Shown here one piece after another: positions 13,344 to 27,087 of a stretch of DNA of 64,000 nt; the stretch's first letter is position 1; each line of letters opens with the position of its first letter. A program made the translations under genes and the position numbers. The stretch covers positions 12,152,001 to 12,216,000 of the forward strand of contig JBHGNT010000007.1 in the NCBI GenBank assembly GCA_043228905.1, written 5' to 3'. This DNA is from Azolla caroliniana. Lineage: Eukaryota > Plantae > Polypodiophyta. The notes below the pieces were generated by a model, which was not told the DNA's origin, did not search any database, and worked only from the letters and a program-made list of their open reading frames with translations.

Positions 13344-13399
13344 GATTGTTTGATTGGTAGGTCGAACGTTGTGCTACTTAAGCTTCATCTATCAAATCT

Positions 13400-14881
13400 T
13401 TTGCAAAAGATATCCTCTGAGCTACTTCAGTCAGTATTGTGCTCGTAACTTCGGAGTACTTCACAGCTACAGTAGAAGCATTGCACAAAGTTGTGACGAA
13501 AGTTTATCATGAAGGGGGGAGACTACTCTTGAGCAACATTGCTCTTAGTTCATCCTCAGTTGTCGTCCCCTAAGCCGAAATCGTACTCCTTCAAGTCTAC
13601 CTTGACTGAGTTTGGATTCTTTCATCCTAAGATTGTAAAGGCGTTGAATCAAATATATCTTTGTGGCGGCAAGCTTCTTCTCATAAGTGTATGACAATGT
13701 CTTGCATAGTTGAAAGGCTATCGAACACAATTGCATTGTGGAGTACACTGACTCTAACAAGTACATCTAAATGGTGGCTTGGACATTTCTATCAAGTTTC
13801 ATCCACTCATTCAGCTTGATTCCTTCAAGAGGGTTGTCATTCCCGATTGAATAGACTATCTGACCCTTTACTATTAGATATTCTTGCATCTGCTCCTTCC
13901 AGAAGTTGAAGTTTGATCCGTCAAACTTCCTTAGACTCACCTCTGACGAGCCAGATGTTGATGCCATCTATGTGGATTTATTAAACTCTGTCCGGAATTT
14001 ACTATGAATTGTGGTGGAGTGACCCGATATTGTTCTCGTCAGATTCAAACACAAGTCAAATCGGCTTCTCGAGTTGGACAATTGGCTCTATCAATTAGTT
14101 TCCGACCACGATTTCAAGATGTCGATCACAGATTTTGTGTCAGTTATCTAGGCCAATCTAGCTTTGAGTGACTATGACAATGAGAGGGACGGAGCTGACT
14201 GGTCCTCCCGAATGTCTTCTAGTCGAATGAAGCACGAAAATGAGTTGGATCTGCTTTGAGAGGTTACAAAAAATGAGTAGATAGTGTCTAACCTGGTAAA
14301 GCAAGATCGAGACCGATTTGATAGAGATTCCACTCTAAGCAATTGCAATCACAAAAGTGAGGTACAGCCGACTGGCTTACCTTAAGAGTGATTCAATTCG
14401 GTAGAGTGCAAGTCTTCTGTTTTCTTTCTCTTCTCAAGATGAGATCTTGAACTCAGGTTCTTCAATGAAGACAAAGCAAGAATGTTGTTGAAGACTTATG
14501 ACGGATGGCAGCGAGTTGAAGAACCTTTGCTTTGATACGATATGTGGGGAACTAAGGCCATCAATGCGGAAACATAAACAACATTTTATTATGAAGGTCG
14601 CCGAGTTAGCATGTGTAAGCAAGATACAACAAAGAATCTACGAGAGAGAGAGAGAGAGAGAGAGAGGCACACAATGTAACACTATTATTCAGAATCGTTA
14701 CAATACAATGGAGTCGGTTGCTCTCTAACAATGGCAACAACCTTATGGGCTAGGTTACAACGCCTATTATATACTAATTGGGCTAGGGCAACTGCCCTTT
14801 GAAATATTTAAAAAGATTTTCTAAACCTAGACTTTCCAAAGGGATAGTGTGAATACAGACATTAGAGACTTGTATTCGATA
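13400..14881 (-). mobile_element. Element D: truncated Copia of the same family as L (5' LTR 14543-14881, degenerate Met-PBS, leader, 5' gag)
   Basis: Gag MASTSGSSEVSLRKFDGSNFNFWKEQMQ matches L. The LTR start TATCGAATACAAG..TATTCACACTATCCC matches the L LTR. PBS TCGTATCAAAGC is at 14529-14540. Confidence 0.8.
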
Positions 14882-15300
14882 TCGACCTGCACCATTTCCT
14901 CCTCCTCAACAGTCCCATTGATGGAGGCAAGGAAGTCGTAGATCTCCTTGATCTTGGAGGTGTAATTTGCCATAAATAGACCTTTTTGCCATACATTGTT
15001 GAGCTCTTGCCTGAACTACAACTTCTTGGTCGTTGTGCTGGTGGCAAAAAGCCATTTGAGATTCCCCCACGCATCTTTTGGCATCCCAGATGTAGCTAAG
15101 TAGTTTATCATTGACACTGGACGCGAAGCAGTACATTACTCTACTTGTTGCCTGCTCCCATGCTGAAAAGTCCTTGTGTGTCACATCCAATGCTGCATCA
15201 TTTGCTCCTTCAACGTAACTCCAATACCCGTCCCGTGCCCAAGCAAGTACTACTGCATCTTATCGAGCTTTTCTGTCGGAAGTGAGCTTCCCATGCCTCT
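14882..15300 (-). pseudogene. Copia gag fragment (E/J family)
   Basis: HKDFSAWEQATSRVMYCFASSV matches the gag at 47392-48087. Confidence 0.8.
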
Positions 15301-15304
15301 CTGG

Positions 15305-15692
15305 TGTTACCATACGAGATGTACGGAGAGTCGAGTGTGATGAGTGAGGGTGGAATGTTATAATGTTGTTGATGTGTACGTGTAAATGTGTAAGTGTAAT
15401 TGTGAGTGTGAGTAGATACGTATGTCAACACATGCACACGTGTGTGCATGTGGACAGATAAGAAGAGGTGTGAGTGAGTGATTAGTGTGAATGGCCAAGG
15501 GGGCTTGCACCCCTATGTATCTACCCTTTTGTAACTATTTAACCCCTTATGGGAATGAATGAAGAAGGAATAGTTCTCTCTCAACCTTTCTCTCTCTCTT
15601 CCTTTTCTCTCCCTCCCTTACGTTGAACCCCCCTTGGGAGGGGGGTGGAGCAATTCTAGGCACCACCCCCCACCCCACAATGCTTCTCAACA
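15305..15692. repeat. Solo-LTR-like repeat, copy 1
   Basis: TGTTA...CAACA termini; flanks TCTGG/TCTAG (TSD with 1 mismatch); close second copy at 17112-17519. Confidence 0.75.
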
Positions 15693-16229
15693 TCTAGGAT
15701 AGTGGCCAAGAAGAGTGACAACTAATGTTGGCTGAACAACGGTGCTAAAGCGGCTGAGCAGCGACTAAACATCGGACAGGATGAACAAAGGACGACAGAA
15801 ATGCCGAACAGAGACAATAGAGATAGAATAGAGCCAGTCAGACAAAAACTGTCATCGACATTGATGGACAGAGACAACGACGACGATGACTAAACAGTGA
15901 TGGGCAAGAGACAAAGACAGATGTGCAAAAACAAATGGTGGTAGGATAAACAATGCAAAGCGATGGGATGAGGGCCAAACAGTGGCGGCCGAACAACTGA
16001 TGCCAAATAGAGACCACAGACAACAGAAACAACGGTGGTGGCAAAAGAAAGAGAAGGGAAGAAGAAGGAGAAAGAAACAAAAGAAGATGCAAGAAAACAC
16101 AAGACGAAGTAGGAAAAAAAAAGGAGAGAAAGATAACAGATGGAAGATAGAAAAGACAAAGTGAAGAAACGCAACAGGAGAAAAAGAAAACAAGAAAAAG
16201 ATCTAAAATAAAACAGAAAAGATAAAGGG

Positions 16230-16354
16230 AAAAAAGGATTTAAGGGCATATATGAAATTTTAAAATTGGAGGGTAGCAAACAAAATTTCATAAACACAAG
16301 GGTACATAATACAATTTCAAATATCAAAGGGCACCGTCGAAATTTCAAAAACTC
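16230..16354 (-). mobile_element. Possible single MULE-like terminal inverted repeat
   Basis: Minus strand begins GAGTTTTTGAAATTT and has CCCT sub-repeats about every 30 bp in AT-rich DNA, resembling plant MULE TIRs. No partner TIR found. Confidence 0.3.
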
Positions 16355-17111
16355 ATCTGTTACGGGCATGACCATATAATATCCCATGGGGAGAATTTAC
16401 CGTAGTATTCTATACACGTGGATAAGTGTGAGGGTTAAACGAGAGTGTAAAGAAGGGGAGGATTACTTTTAATCCTCGGGCTTGAGACAACCCATTAGGT
16501 CAAGTGTGAACTTGCCTGGGGGCCTTGGGTATCGCTATAAATAAGAGGCCTAGCTACCCTCATTTGATCATCTTTTGACTACATCGCGACTCTGCTCTTG
16601 TGGTGGGTCAACTCTTGTAGCAAGCGCGCCAGCACCAGGTACGACTCGACGCCACGGTAGTGGTATGGGACACCGATCGAGGCTCGAGTCCGTCTCGATC
16701 CCTTCGCTCGGGGGTGGTCGGGTGGATTGACACCCTTCTTTCTCTTTCTCCTTTCTATCTATCATTACTTTATCCTTATCTTAAGCTTACTTTAGTACCT
16801 AGATCTCTAATATCATCAACCTAAAAGAAATGGACGTGATTGACACACAACAACTCACAAAATAAAAGGAAAAATACACATACACAACATTTATTAAAGA
16901 CCGGAAGGATGAAACCAATGTGAAAGTACCAAAGAACGGGAATGTTCGTGTCGATGAAGATACGTTGACCGAAGGAGATGTTCGAGTCAAGCATTCCGAT
17001 CAAGAGAGTCGATCAATGAGAGGACCGATGGAAGTTTCGGTCGTATAGAGATGATGATCAAGGCATGTGGGATCGAAGTGCAAGGCACTTTCCCATGGGT
17101 GTCCCATAATG

Positions 17112-17519
17112 TGTTACCATACGAGATGTACGAAGAGTCGAGTGTGATGAGCAAGGGTGGAATGCTATAATGTTGTTGATGTGTACATGTAAATGTGTAA
17201 TTGTAATTGTGAGTGTGAGTAGATACGTATGTGAACACATGCACACGTGTGTGAATGTGGACAGATAAGAAAAGATGTGAGTGAGTGATTAGTGTGAATG
17301 GTCAAGGGGGCTTGCACCCCTATGTATCTACCCTTTTGTAACTATTTAACCCCTTATGGGGAATGAATGAAGTAGGAATAGTTCTCTCTCAACCTTTCTC
17401 TCTTGTCATCTCTCTTTCTCTCTCTCTTCCTTCTCTCTCTCTCCCTTACGTTGAACCCCCCTTGGGAGGGGGGTGCAGCCATTCTAGGCACCACCCCCAC
17501 CCCGCAATGATTATTAACA
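17112..17519. repeat. Solo-LTR-like repeat, copy 2
   Basis: TGTTA...TAACA termini; direct repeat of 15305-15692; no TSD, PBS or PPT visible. Confidence 0.7.
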
Positions 17520-18138
17520 CCATCACCATTTCCCTCTTCATCACTATCAATGTCATCATCAATCTCGCAATGTTAATCATCACGCACCATTACCACTCCT
17601 CAGTATCATTAACTGTTGAGTGGACAAGCTCAACTGGATCTAAATCAGCTAAATAAGGCAGAGCTAGATCGGTATTCGGATAGTATCCAGAACCAAGAGC
17701 CAAATCAGAGAGCCGGATCGGATTGTAACAGGTAGGCCGTTAGAGGCCTACGAATGTAGCCTAGTACGTAGGCCTATATTTGGGAGTCAATGTCAGTCTC
17801 TCATATGATCATTGAAGTACTTGTCAGTACTTCTGTCAGTCCTTTTAAGGACTTGTATAAAAAAGTGTTTTGTAGGACATTTGTATGTACAGAGTGTCAT
17901 TATTTTGAATCTAGTTTTATGCTATTCTGCTCTCTCTGTATCTCTTGTGTATTCTAAACTTCCATTAAACCTGTGTTTATTCTCTATTGTTATACGTGTA
18001 ACCGATTTTCTCAAAGCTTCTGCAATTGTATTCTTTTACATGGTATCAGAGCGCGAGGGTTGAGAACCTTTGCAGCTGACACGCATTTACTGAAGACAAC
18101 CCCTAACACCCGGTAGAGAACAGAAATCAAAGGTTAGA

Positions 18139-21100
18139 ATGGACAGAGGAATGGCGCTCACTCCCGACGGAGAATCTCGATAGATCCACTAGTACCTGCT
18201 CGGACACGGTTACTCCAGTTATGTCGATGGAGCTATTGATACAGCGCCTGATGCGGCACACAAGGACTTCCCGACTTGGGAACAAGCGGCAAGCAGAGTT
18301 ATGTATTGTTTTGCGTCCAGTGTCAGCGATCGGCTGCGCCAAGACGCCGAAGGAAGCTTGGGAAAACCTAAAGAAGGTCTTCGTCGCAAGCACCATGGCC
18401 AAGAAGCTGCAACTCCGACAGGAGTTGAGCAATGTCCGATAGAAGGAAATGTCAATGGCCGACTATGTGGCCCGGATCAAAGACATCTCCGACTCACTTG
18501 CCTCCATCAACGTAACCATCGAGGAAGATGAGATGGTGCAGGTTTGTCTCGAGGGCCTAGCATCAAAGTTCGGAGCATTCTGAATGGTGGTCCGAAAAAG
18601 GGAGAATACGCCCTCGTTTTTCGACTTACAATCGATGCTCCTACTAGAGGAGAACCACTCGGATGCATCAATGAGTATGCACACCAATAGCAGGATGTTG
18701 TACATGGAGATGGATTGGCCCCGTGGTCATGGCAGATGAGGCGGATCAGCACGCGGTGGAAGCGGTCGACCAGAGCAAAATCAGAGGCACAAGGATGGTG
18801 CTGACAACAGTTCCGAACCCTCCAAAAGTAGGGGGAGTCAAAGCGGTGCCGGAAACCGGCAAGAGAAGACCGCAATGGAATGTTGGTATTGTGGTCGGAA
18901 GGGCCATAAAGAGAGCGAGTGATGAAAGAAGTGTGCCGATTCGGACAACTCCAGATATGGCAAAGTCGGACAAGGAAACCGGCAAAGCTCGCACTACGTT
19001 GAAGGATCGGAAGGATCTAAAACCGGTAAGACCGAAAAAGGGCTAGCCCTTATGATCAAGCACAAGGCGAACTCAATGAAGAAGACCATTTCCGAATCGG
19101 AGGAAGTGTGATACCTTGACTCTGGAGCATCCAACCACATGATGAGCCATGAAGACTAGTTCTCATATCTGGAAAACCCGGAGCAACCGGGAGTTGTCGA
19201 AACCAGAGACAACACTCCTCACCCAATCGTGCATGTCAAAGAAGTTCCCTTGAGTCATGTTGAACAAAAAGGGAAGCTTATGAACGTGCTCCACATCCCG
19301 ACAATCACAAAGAACCTGTTGTCAGTCGGTCAGTTCGTCGACTAGGGGATGTAGGTGCGGTTTACGTACCTCGGGTGCTTCATTGAGTAAGAGGGCCGGC
19401 TCATCACGCAAGGGCGCCGGGACGAGAGGATGTTTATTCTCGACACGAATGATATGGGCACCACTATGTAAGTGAAAGGGCAGAAGTTCAAGTCATACAT
19501 CGACATGTGGCACAAGCGGATCGGTCACATCAACTTCTGGAAGCTTCAGGAGTTGCAGTCAGAACACATAGTTTCCGGACTGCCGAAGTTCAGTGGCCGG
19601 AAAGGCCAAATATGTGAAGCTTTCCAGCTCGGGAAGCAGCATAGGCTTCCATTCCCCAATGAGAAGAATAGGATTCAGAATTGGCTTGATCTCATCCATT
19701 CGGATGTGTGGGGACCGGCACAAAATGTGAGCATCGGTAGGAGTTAGTATTTTGTCTCCTTCATCGTCGATTTCACCTGGCACACATGGATCTATCAAAT
19801 CGAGAAGAAAAGCGAAATCTTCTTGTGCTTCCGGGATTTGAAGAACCTTGTTGAACGTGAAACCGGATGGAAGATCAAGTGTTTGAGATCGGATGGCAAA
19901 AAAGAGTACTTTTACGGCCAATTCACGAGTTATGTGCAGACGAAGGGAATCCCACAGGAATTCTCCTACAAATACACGACACAGCATAATGACATGGCCG
20001 AACGTCAGAATAGGATGTTGGTAGTAGCGGCAAGGACGATGCTTGAGGAGAAAAGCATGCCCAAGTTTTATTAGGCCGAAGCGATTCAAAAAGCCGTCTA
20101 CATCCAGAATCGGATATCTGTATTTCAAGCAGAAGTCAAACTTGGCACGCCTTCGGGTGTTCGATAGCATTGCATATGTGCATGTACCGAAGGAAAAACG
20201 AAGGAAGTTAGACGCGAAAGCTTAAAAGTGCATTCTTGTCGGCTACTCGGATGAACGGAAGGGTTATAAGTGTTATAACCCCCGATCAAAAACGGTCTGA
20301 GTTAGGCAAGATGATGTTTTTGATGAATCGGCACCCTGGTACTTCTCACCACCCAAACCCGAGCCCATTGTTGTTGATGATCGGGTGGAATCCAGAATAG
20401 AGGGAAGCGTAAAGGAATCCGAACAATCGGATAACTTGACTTCTCTCCAGATTAGTGGACTGAATACGGATTGGTTGAACCGGAGTGATCAACCGGATGA
20501 TGAGTCGGTGAGTAGTGAAGACTCGGCCATGCTCTCCCCGTGCAAGGAGCCGAGGATATGAATCACACGCAAAGAGAAGGGGAAGAAGAAGATGCCGGAA
20601 TATGACACCAGCAGAGCTGAGTCGGATCGGAGCAAATCCGACTCTGGACAAAGCAGAGATGGACCTTCGGAAGAGAAGTCTAAGTTGGCCAAGAAGGCCA
20701 AGAAATCGGTGAATCAGGAATTGTGTTGATCCACCCGCTAGAAGAACCCCGTGAAGAGGTACGGGTATAACCAATATATGGCACATCATTATGCGTACAT
20801 GGCAAAGGTGGCAGCCGAGCGTGAACCAGAGAGGTATGTTGAAGCCGATCGGTTGTCGGTGGGTATACAAGGTTAAATACGACGGCTCCATCAACAGGTA
20901 CAAGGACCGGTTAGTGGCCAAGGGCTACGCGCAGCAGCACGGCATCGATTATGATGAGATGTTCGTGTCAGCTGCGAAAATGACGATCATCCGTGTCTTG
21001 CTTGTGGTGGCAACGGCGAAGGGGTGGCATCTACATCAAATGGATGTAAAGAACGTGTTCTTGCACGGTGATCTTCAGGAGCAGGTGTATATGGTTCAGC

Positions 21101-21975
21101 CCCCCGGATTTCAGTCCGAAATGAATACATCGGTAGTATGCCGATTGAAGAAGTCCCTCTATGGACTCAAGCAAGCCCCGCGCGCCCAGAACACGAAGAT
21201 AACGCAGAGACTACATCAGATGGGGTTTTCTCCGTCAAAATCGAACTCTTCACTTTTCATCTAGCAAGGTCGGAATGGGCAGGTGAGCATATTGCTCCAT
21301 GTGGATGATTTTTTGATCGTCGGCGCTGACTTGGACGAAATCGGCCGTGTGAAATCCCAACTTGCGGCATCATTTGAGATGAAGGATCTAGGAGACCTTC
21401 ACTACTTCCTCTAGAACAGCATGCAACCCGACAAGGTTCCTACATATAATCGGAAGCCTTATATATTTGACCATCACTCGGCCAAACCTCAGCTATCCAA
21501 ACAGATTGATTAGTTAATTCATGGCGCATCCGACTGTGGAGCACCTTCAGTGCGCGCACGGAACAATGAGGTATCTAACCGGCACTAAGGACCGGGGATT
21601 CATGTTCTATCTAGGTAGTGCGGTTGTTGCATGGAGTAGCAAAAAGTAGCCGACATTGGCCCTGTCGAGCACTGAGGCTCGGTATCGGGGCACTACCGTT
21701 GCACCTGTGAAGCCATCTATCTTTGGCGAGTACTGCAAGACCTCCATATCGAAGTACCGACTCCAATCCCGATCTACTCTTACAACATGAGTAGCATGCA
21801 GCTAGCCAAGAGCCTTGTATTCCATGCTCGAACGAAGCACTCTGTGTGTGAGCGGGTCCTCAGCAGTGAACTAGAACTCCGGTATGTTCAGACAGATCAA
21901 CGGGTTGTCAACATCTTCAAAAACCCACTTGGATCAGACAAGTTGCAACATTTTCCCGAGATGCTTGCTCTTTAG
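18139..21975 (+). pseudogene. gag-pol of Copia E
   Basis: Gag, CCHC-like knuckle, LDSGASNHM, WHKRIGH, IHSDVWGP, LRSDG, RT (RLVAKGY, HQMDVKN, LKKSLYGLKQAPR) and RNase H (FHARTKH). Many stops and deletions. Confidence 0.9.
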
Positions 21976-22375
21976 CATCTCTACATGCCACACTTGAGGG
22001 GGAGAATTGGGACTGATATGGGGAGAATCAGGTATGGAGAGACTGAAGACAAGGAGACAATCGAAGCAGGGGGAGACAAGAAGAAAAAGGAAGCCAAGTC
22101 GATTGTCGAGAAAAAAGCGGAATATTGCTCGGCCACAACCGAGTCTAGATCTCTTCTATGAGAATGAAGAACACAGAAAAGGGAACTAAAGAGTGAACAC
22201 AAGATGTTTACGTGGAAAACCCTAAATGGGAAAAACCATGGGAACCCACGGACTCCAAAATATCACTATGAAGAGAAGGGGTACAATCAGAGACTCGTAG
22301 ACAACGACCTCGAGCTCGGTCTCTTCGCCAGGCGGCGGTTACAACAAAGTATCACTCTATATCTCTCCCCCTCAC

Positions 22376-23943
22376 CACGTCTTCAATGGTGAGACCCACA
22401 GCTTCCGGCTGTGGTCATCTATGAACATCACAAAGTATTGCGATCTGGCATGTGACTTTGTGTCCACTTGACACACATCTGTATGCACCAGCTCCACTGG
22501 TGCATTCCGTCTCATCGGTGGCGTTGATCGGAAGGAGGTTCGGTTTTGCTTGTCGGCCAAGGAATCGGTGCACTTCTCAAGTTGCACTTCCTTCACCGGA
22601 ATGAGGTTGTCTTCGGCAAGCCTCTTAATCCCCTTCTCACTCATGTGACACAGTCATTTGTGCCATAGCTCACTAGTAGTGTCGGAAGCAACGTTCACTT
22701 CTTCTTCCCGGCATAACCGGGTGTTCATCAGGTACAATGTGTTGACTTTCCAGGCCCGAGCCACTATTAGGCTCCCCTTGCTGAACTTCATGACTCCATT
22801 CCGGATGCTACCCATGTAGCCTTCATCATCTAGCCGACCGGCTGATATTAGGTTCAGTCGAACCTCCGGAACGTGTCGTACATTCTTCAGCAGCAACTTG
22901 CATCCGGTTGGTGTCTTCAACCACACGTCCCTTATGCCGACAATTCAGCATGTACCTTCATTCCCCATCCGGACATAGCCGTGGTCACCAATTGTGTAGG
23001 ATGAGAAGCATTTCCGGTTTGGGGTAAGGTGGAACGATGCTCCGGAATCAACAACCCACATTGTCTCGTCGTCGACAAGGTTCAACTCACACTCCTTGGT
23101 GATGAGCATTAGTTCGTCTTCACTTGCTGCAATCGCCATCATTCCCTTCCAGTCCGGTGACTTCTTTGAATCGGTATTGTCGGTTCCCTTGTCTTTCCAG
23201 AAATGCCGACAGTTCTTTTGGAAGCGCCCCGGCTTGCCGCAATAGAAGCAAGTGGGCCTCCCCCTTGACTTGGACCGTGTCCCCGACTTTTCCCGGTTCT
23301 AGGGACTCCGATTCCTTTGTCTTCCGCGTTCGGATTCAGTAAGGAGGGCTTTGGCGTTGGAGATCACCTCCTTGTCTTTCCAACGCGCCTCCTCATCTAG
23401 CAAGCTCGACTTGACTCTTGCTAGGGATAACTGTTTTCCTTCCGGCCCGGCGTTGCCCAACGTGACAACTAACGTCTCCCAGCTATCCATGAGGGAATAG
23501 AGCAGGAGCAATGCGAGTACCTCATCAGCGAGAGGTACTTCCAATGAGGTTGCTTGATGTATTAGCCCCTAGAAGGCATTCATGTGCTCCGCCATATTGG
23601 AGCTGTCTTGGTACCAGAGCCTCACTAGCTTTCGGAATACCAAAACCCGATTAATAGCATTCTTGTTTTGGAACATGATATTGATCTTCTCCTAGAGTTC
23701 ATGAGCCTTGATCTCTTCATTGAAGTTGTTGTACAGGCTCATCTCGATGAAGCACCGGATGTATGCCATTACCTTCATGTGCATCCCCTCCCACACTGTG
23801 GCGTCAATCTTATCCGGTCTCTTGTCCCCGAACTGAACCGGCAACCAAAGATCTTTGACCACCAGCATATCCCTCATCTTAGACTTCCACACTGAGTAGT
23901 TGGAGCCTATGAACTTGAACATGCCGCCGAATGATTCTTCCAT
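22376..23943 (-). pseudogene. gag, protease and partial integrase of element F
   Basis: MEESFGGMFKFIGSNYSVWKSKM, WVVDSGASFH and ELVHTDVC; closely similar to K. RT and RNase H are deleted. Confidence 0.85.
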
Positions 23944-24533
23944 TTTCTGTGTTGTTCGCTCTAATACCAGTTTGTCGAGAAAAACGCGGAATATTGCTCG
24001 GCCACAACCAAGTCTAGATCTCTTCTATGAGAATGAAGAACACAAAAAAGGGAACTAAAGATTGAACACAAGATGTTTACGTGGAAAACCCTGTTGTTCA
24101 GTCGACAACAACTATTGTCGACACAATATAAGTCGAACGTTGCTCACCGAACGTTCTACCAATGAATTGTGGTTAGACGAATAAATACTAAAATGGCTAT
24201 AAACTTATCGATGTTAAACAAACATCGAGATCGTTATTTACATAATAAGTTATGAAAGAAAGGAAATAGATTGATAGAGCGTTTAGTACACAAAGATTTC
24301 CTAAACTAACTTTATATTACTAAATAAAACGATAGCTCTTTACACTGCCTTTGGTTCCTTTTATAGGCAACCGGAAGGACTTTCTCATCAAGAAAACATA
24401 CTGCCAAAAATGGCAAGAACTACAAAATCTCTAACTAACTATAATTTCAGTTTTAATTTAATTCAGCAAAATGTTGACTCATTGATCCTCTATACCAATC
24501 CGACTCTGACTCTGACTCTGAACCTTTTACATA

Positions 24534-24548
24534 TGGCACGCCTGTGGG
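24534..24548 (+). promoter_or_regulatory. Antisense PBS-like motif TGGCACGCCTGTGGG at the PPT position of element B
   Basis: Reads TTTTACA-TA-TGGCACGCCTGTGGG, i.e. LTR-CA, 2 nt, TGG. Identical to the motif in element A. Confidence 0.8.
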
Positions 24549-24583
24549 CCAGGGCCTTGCCCGGCAAACCCACGGTACCCCTT

Positions 24584-27087
24584 CTACTCCTGTTGTTCCG
24601 AAGGAAGATCCTCGTCTAATTCGTCCTCCGCGTCATCCTGTAGAATATCGAACAATGAAGGTTCAGGTTGTTGCATGTCTTCTTCGTCTTCAGATTCGGA
24701 CTCTGTAAACTTGTGTGTATCTTTGGTCGATGGTTTTGGTTTCTCTGTTTTCGGGGCTCCGAGTCCTGTGGTCTGGTTTCACCTTTCAGATTCAAGGTTG
24801 TCTAGTTGGACAACTGTGTCGACATCGTGTTTGTCGAATTCTTGCATAATTCGACTTACTTCTTCTCTGTGGCAAGCCGCTATCTCATACAAGTCTTTAG
24901 CAATATCTTCCTGAACAATTGATATTGCCTCTTCTGTCATTTCGAAGAAACCTTGGGCATGAGCCTTCCTATTGTCTCTGTCAGCACTTAACAGTTGAAG
25001 TTCCGCTGCTTGTGCCGACCAGGTTTTCCAGCCCTTATCTATGGACTCATTCACCATTTTCAAGGTGTTAAGCTTATGACGTTTCAGGATAGCTCGAATT
25101 CTTTCCTCGATTATACTTGCCTGAAACTATGTTGCTGCCAATGTTTTTCGTAGATCATTAATTTGAGCATTATTTTCTCCTTCTGTCTGCAACAACTTGT
25201 TTTGCACGAGTAACAGGTCAAGTCGCTTATTTCAGACACAACTTCCATTTTTTAAAACTGTCTTTCTAGAGTTGCCCTAGCCGATTCCCGTTCTTCCTGC
25301 TGTTGATTATATTTTTCATTGAGTTCATTCAGTAGGGTTTCTTTTTCGACCATCTCTTTTGCAAAATATTCTTCTTGTATTTTTACATATTCTTCAAGCT
25401 CCCCCAGTTGCTCAGCGTTTTGGCACGTGGTTTCCTGCTATTGTGCTAACTTTCGGCGCAACTGTTGAATCAATTCATCCTTTGCATCGAGCCATTTTCC
25501 GATTTCCGTCTTTGCCAGTTGTATCCGATCCTCCAGTTTCTTGGATCGGATTTCGGCTTTTTCGGCTCTAGCTTCCGCCTCCTTGAGTGTTGCTTCTACC
25601 TATTGTAAGTTTTGTTGCAATTCTTGATCAGCCTCCAAAGGTCTGCTTGATTCTCTCTGCAACATTTCCTCCCTTGTTTTCTACTTGTCGGAGTTGTTCC
25701 GTCAAGTGCTGGTTTTCGGCTTTCATGTTTGTACATTGTACATTTAGCACTTCCGACGCCGTTGATTTTTTTTTTGTATAAATCAGCTATATCTTTGGCT
25801 ACTCGGCTGGCCTTTTCATATTCTCGATGTACTTCTACCAGTGCCTCATGTAGCGGTAGCATCTGGATAGCCTTGCCATTGTTTCGCGCACTACGTTGTC
25901 GGTCGATTCGATCCAATTCGTGTTGCTCTTCCAGCTCGACAGCTCCACTCAATGACCTTTGGATCATTATCTGATCGTGGTGCTCCTGTGCCATTCTTTC
26001 CGATACCTCCTGTAATCTTCGTGCTAACCATTCCACTGGCTCATACGATGTTCTAAATTGAAGAATAATTGCCAATTCATGTGCCACTGGAGGAATGTTG
26101 ACAAAGCCTACTGCTTCTCACACCATTGTTATTGACGATTGGCCTTTTTGAACTTTGGTCATGTCATTAGGATTGACCCGAGGTATTTGTGTGCTCTATG
26201 TGGCTTGGTCGTCGGTTCTTTGTTTCTTCTACGCAGGCTCCTCTTGCTGAGTCTGAGGAAATCATTGGGACCTTTGTTTCATCCTCCGTGGCCGTTGTGT
26301 CGGCTGTTCAGTTACAACAGGTGTCAATTTTTGTTGTGTTTGCAATGGAGTGGTGGTCCTAGGGTCCGGTTGCTGTTCAAATTTTGGCTACGTGGCCGGT
26401 TGTTTTTCAGGTTTTGGTTGTGGTGAGGCTGGTTGTTGTTCGGGTTCTAGTTGCTGTTGAGGTTCTAATTCAGTGGTATCGACATGCATCGACTCTTCTT
26501 CCTGCCACTCTTCTCGTTGCACTTGTCTTCGAGGACGGGACGCTTTCTGGCCGTAGCGTCCTTTGTTCTTGTTGTTGGTTTTCCGATCTCTGAGTCGGAA
26601 ACAATACTGACAACCAACGAGCAAATATCGGTTTCATTGGTTTCCCTTGCTGCACCCCATATAGTTGCTCTCGTAGAGCTTCTGTTGATAGCAACCCCCA
26701 ATCGCATGTGGCGATTATGAATACGGCCCGCTTCTTGGGCATACAATAAAATCGGGGACTTACAAAGCCCACTTCCAACAAAAAGTTAGCGACTTCATGG
26801 AAAAATTCATCGGCTCCTCCTTGCGTTTGGAAAGCCTTCGCAGAAGGAGAATATTCCCCAAAATAGAACCTTAGCACATCCTTATCCATTTTTTGGACAG
26901 CATCGAAACCTTCCCTTTTGAATTCCAAAGCAGAACGTACCTTCTTATTGGTGATTTTCGATACGTCGATTTGCTACAGGATTTCTACAGCACGAGGGTG
27001 AGGTTCTGCTTCTACAACTTTGATGAAACCCTATAGGTTCTTGTTGGCGAGCCACTGTCGCAAGTTGTCAGAAACATAAATCGCCAT
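24584..27087 (-). pseudogene. Additional post-pol ORF of element B (~835 codons), homologous to 5158-7790
   Basis: MAIYVSDNLRQWL.., YFGEYSPSAKAF.., DWGLLSTEALREQL..VLFP, a coiled-coil region and EPSLFDILQDD. Confidence 0.8.

Noticed and set aside
15838-16387. Hydrophobic ORFs that look like membrane proteins
   Set aside because: They are translations of a low-complexity GA-rich tract on the opposite strand.
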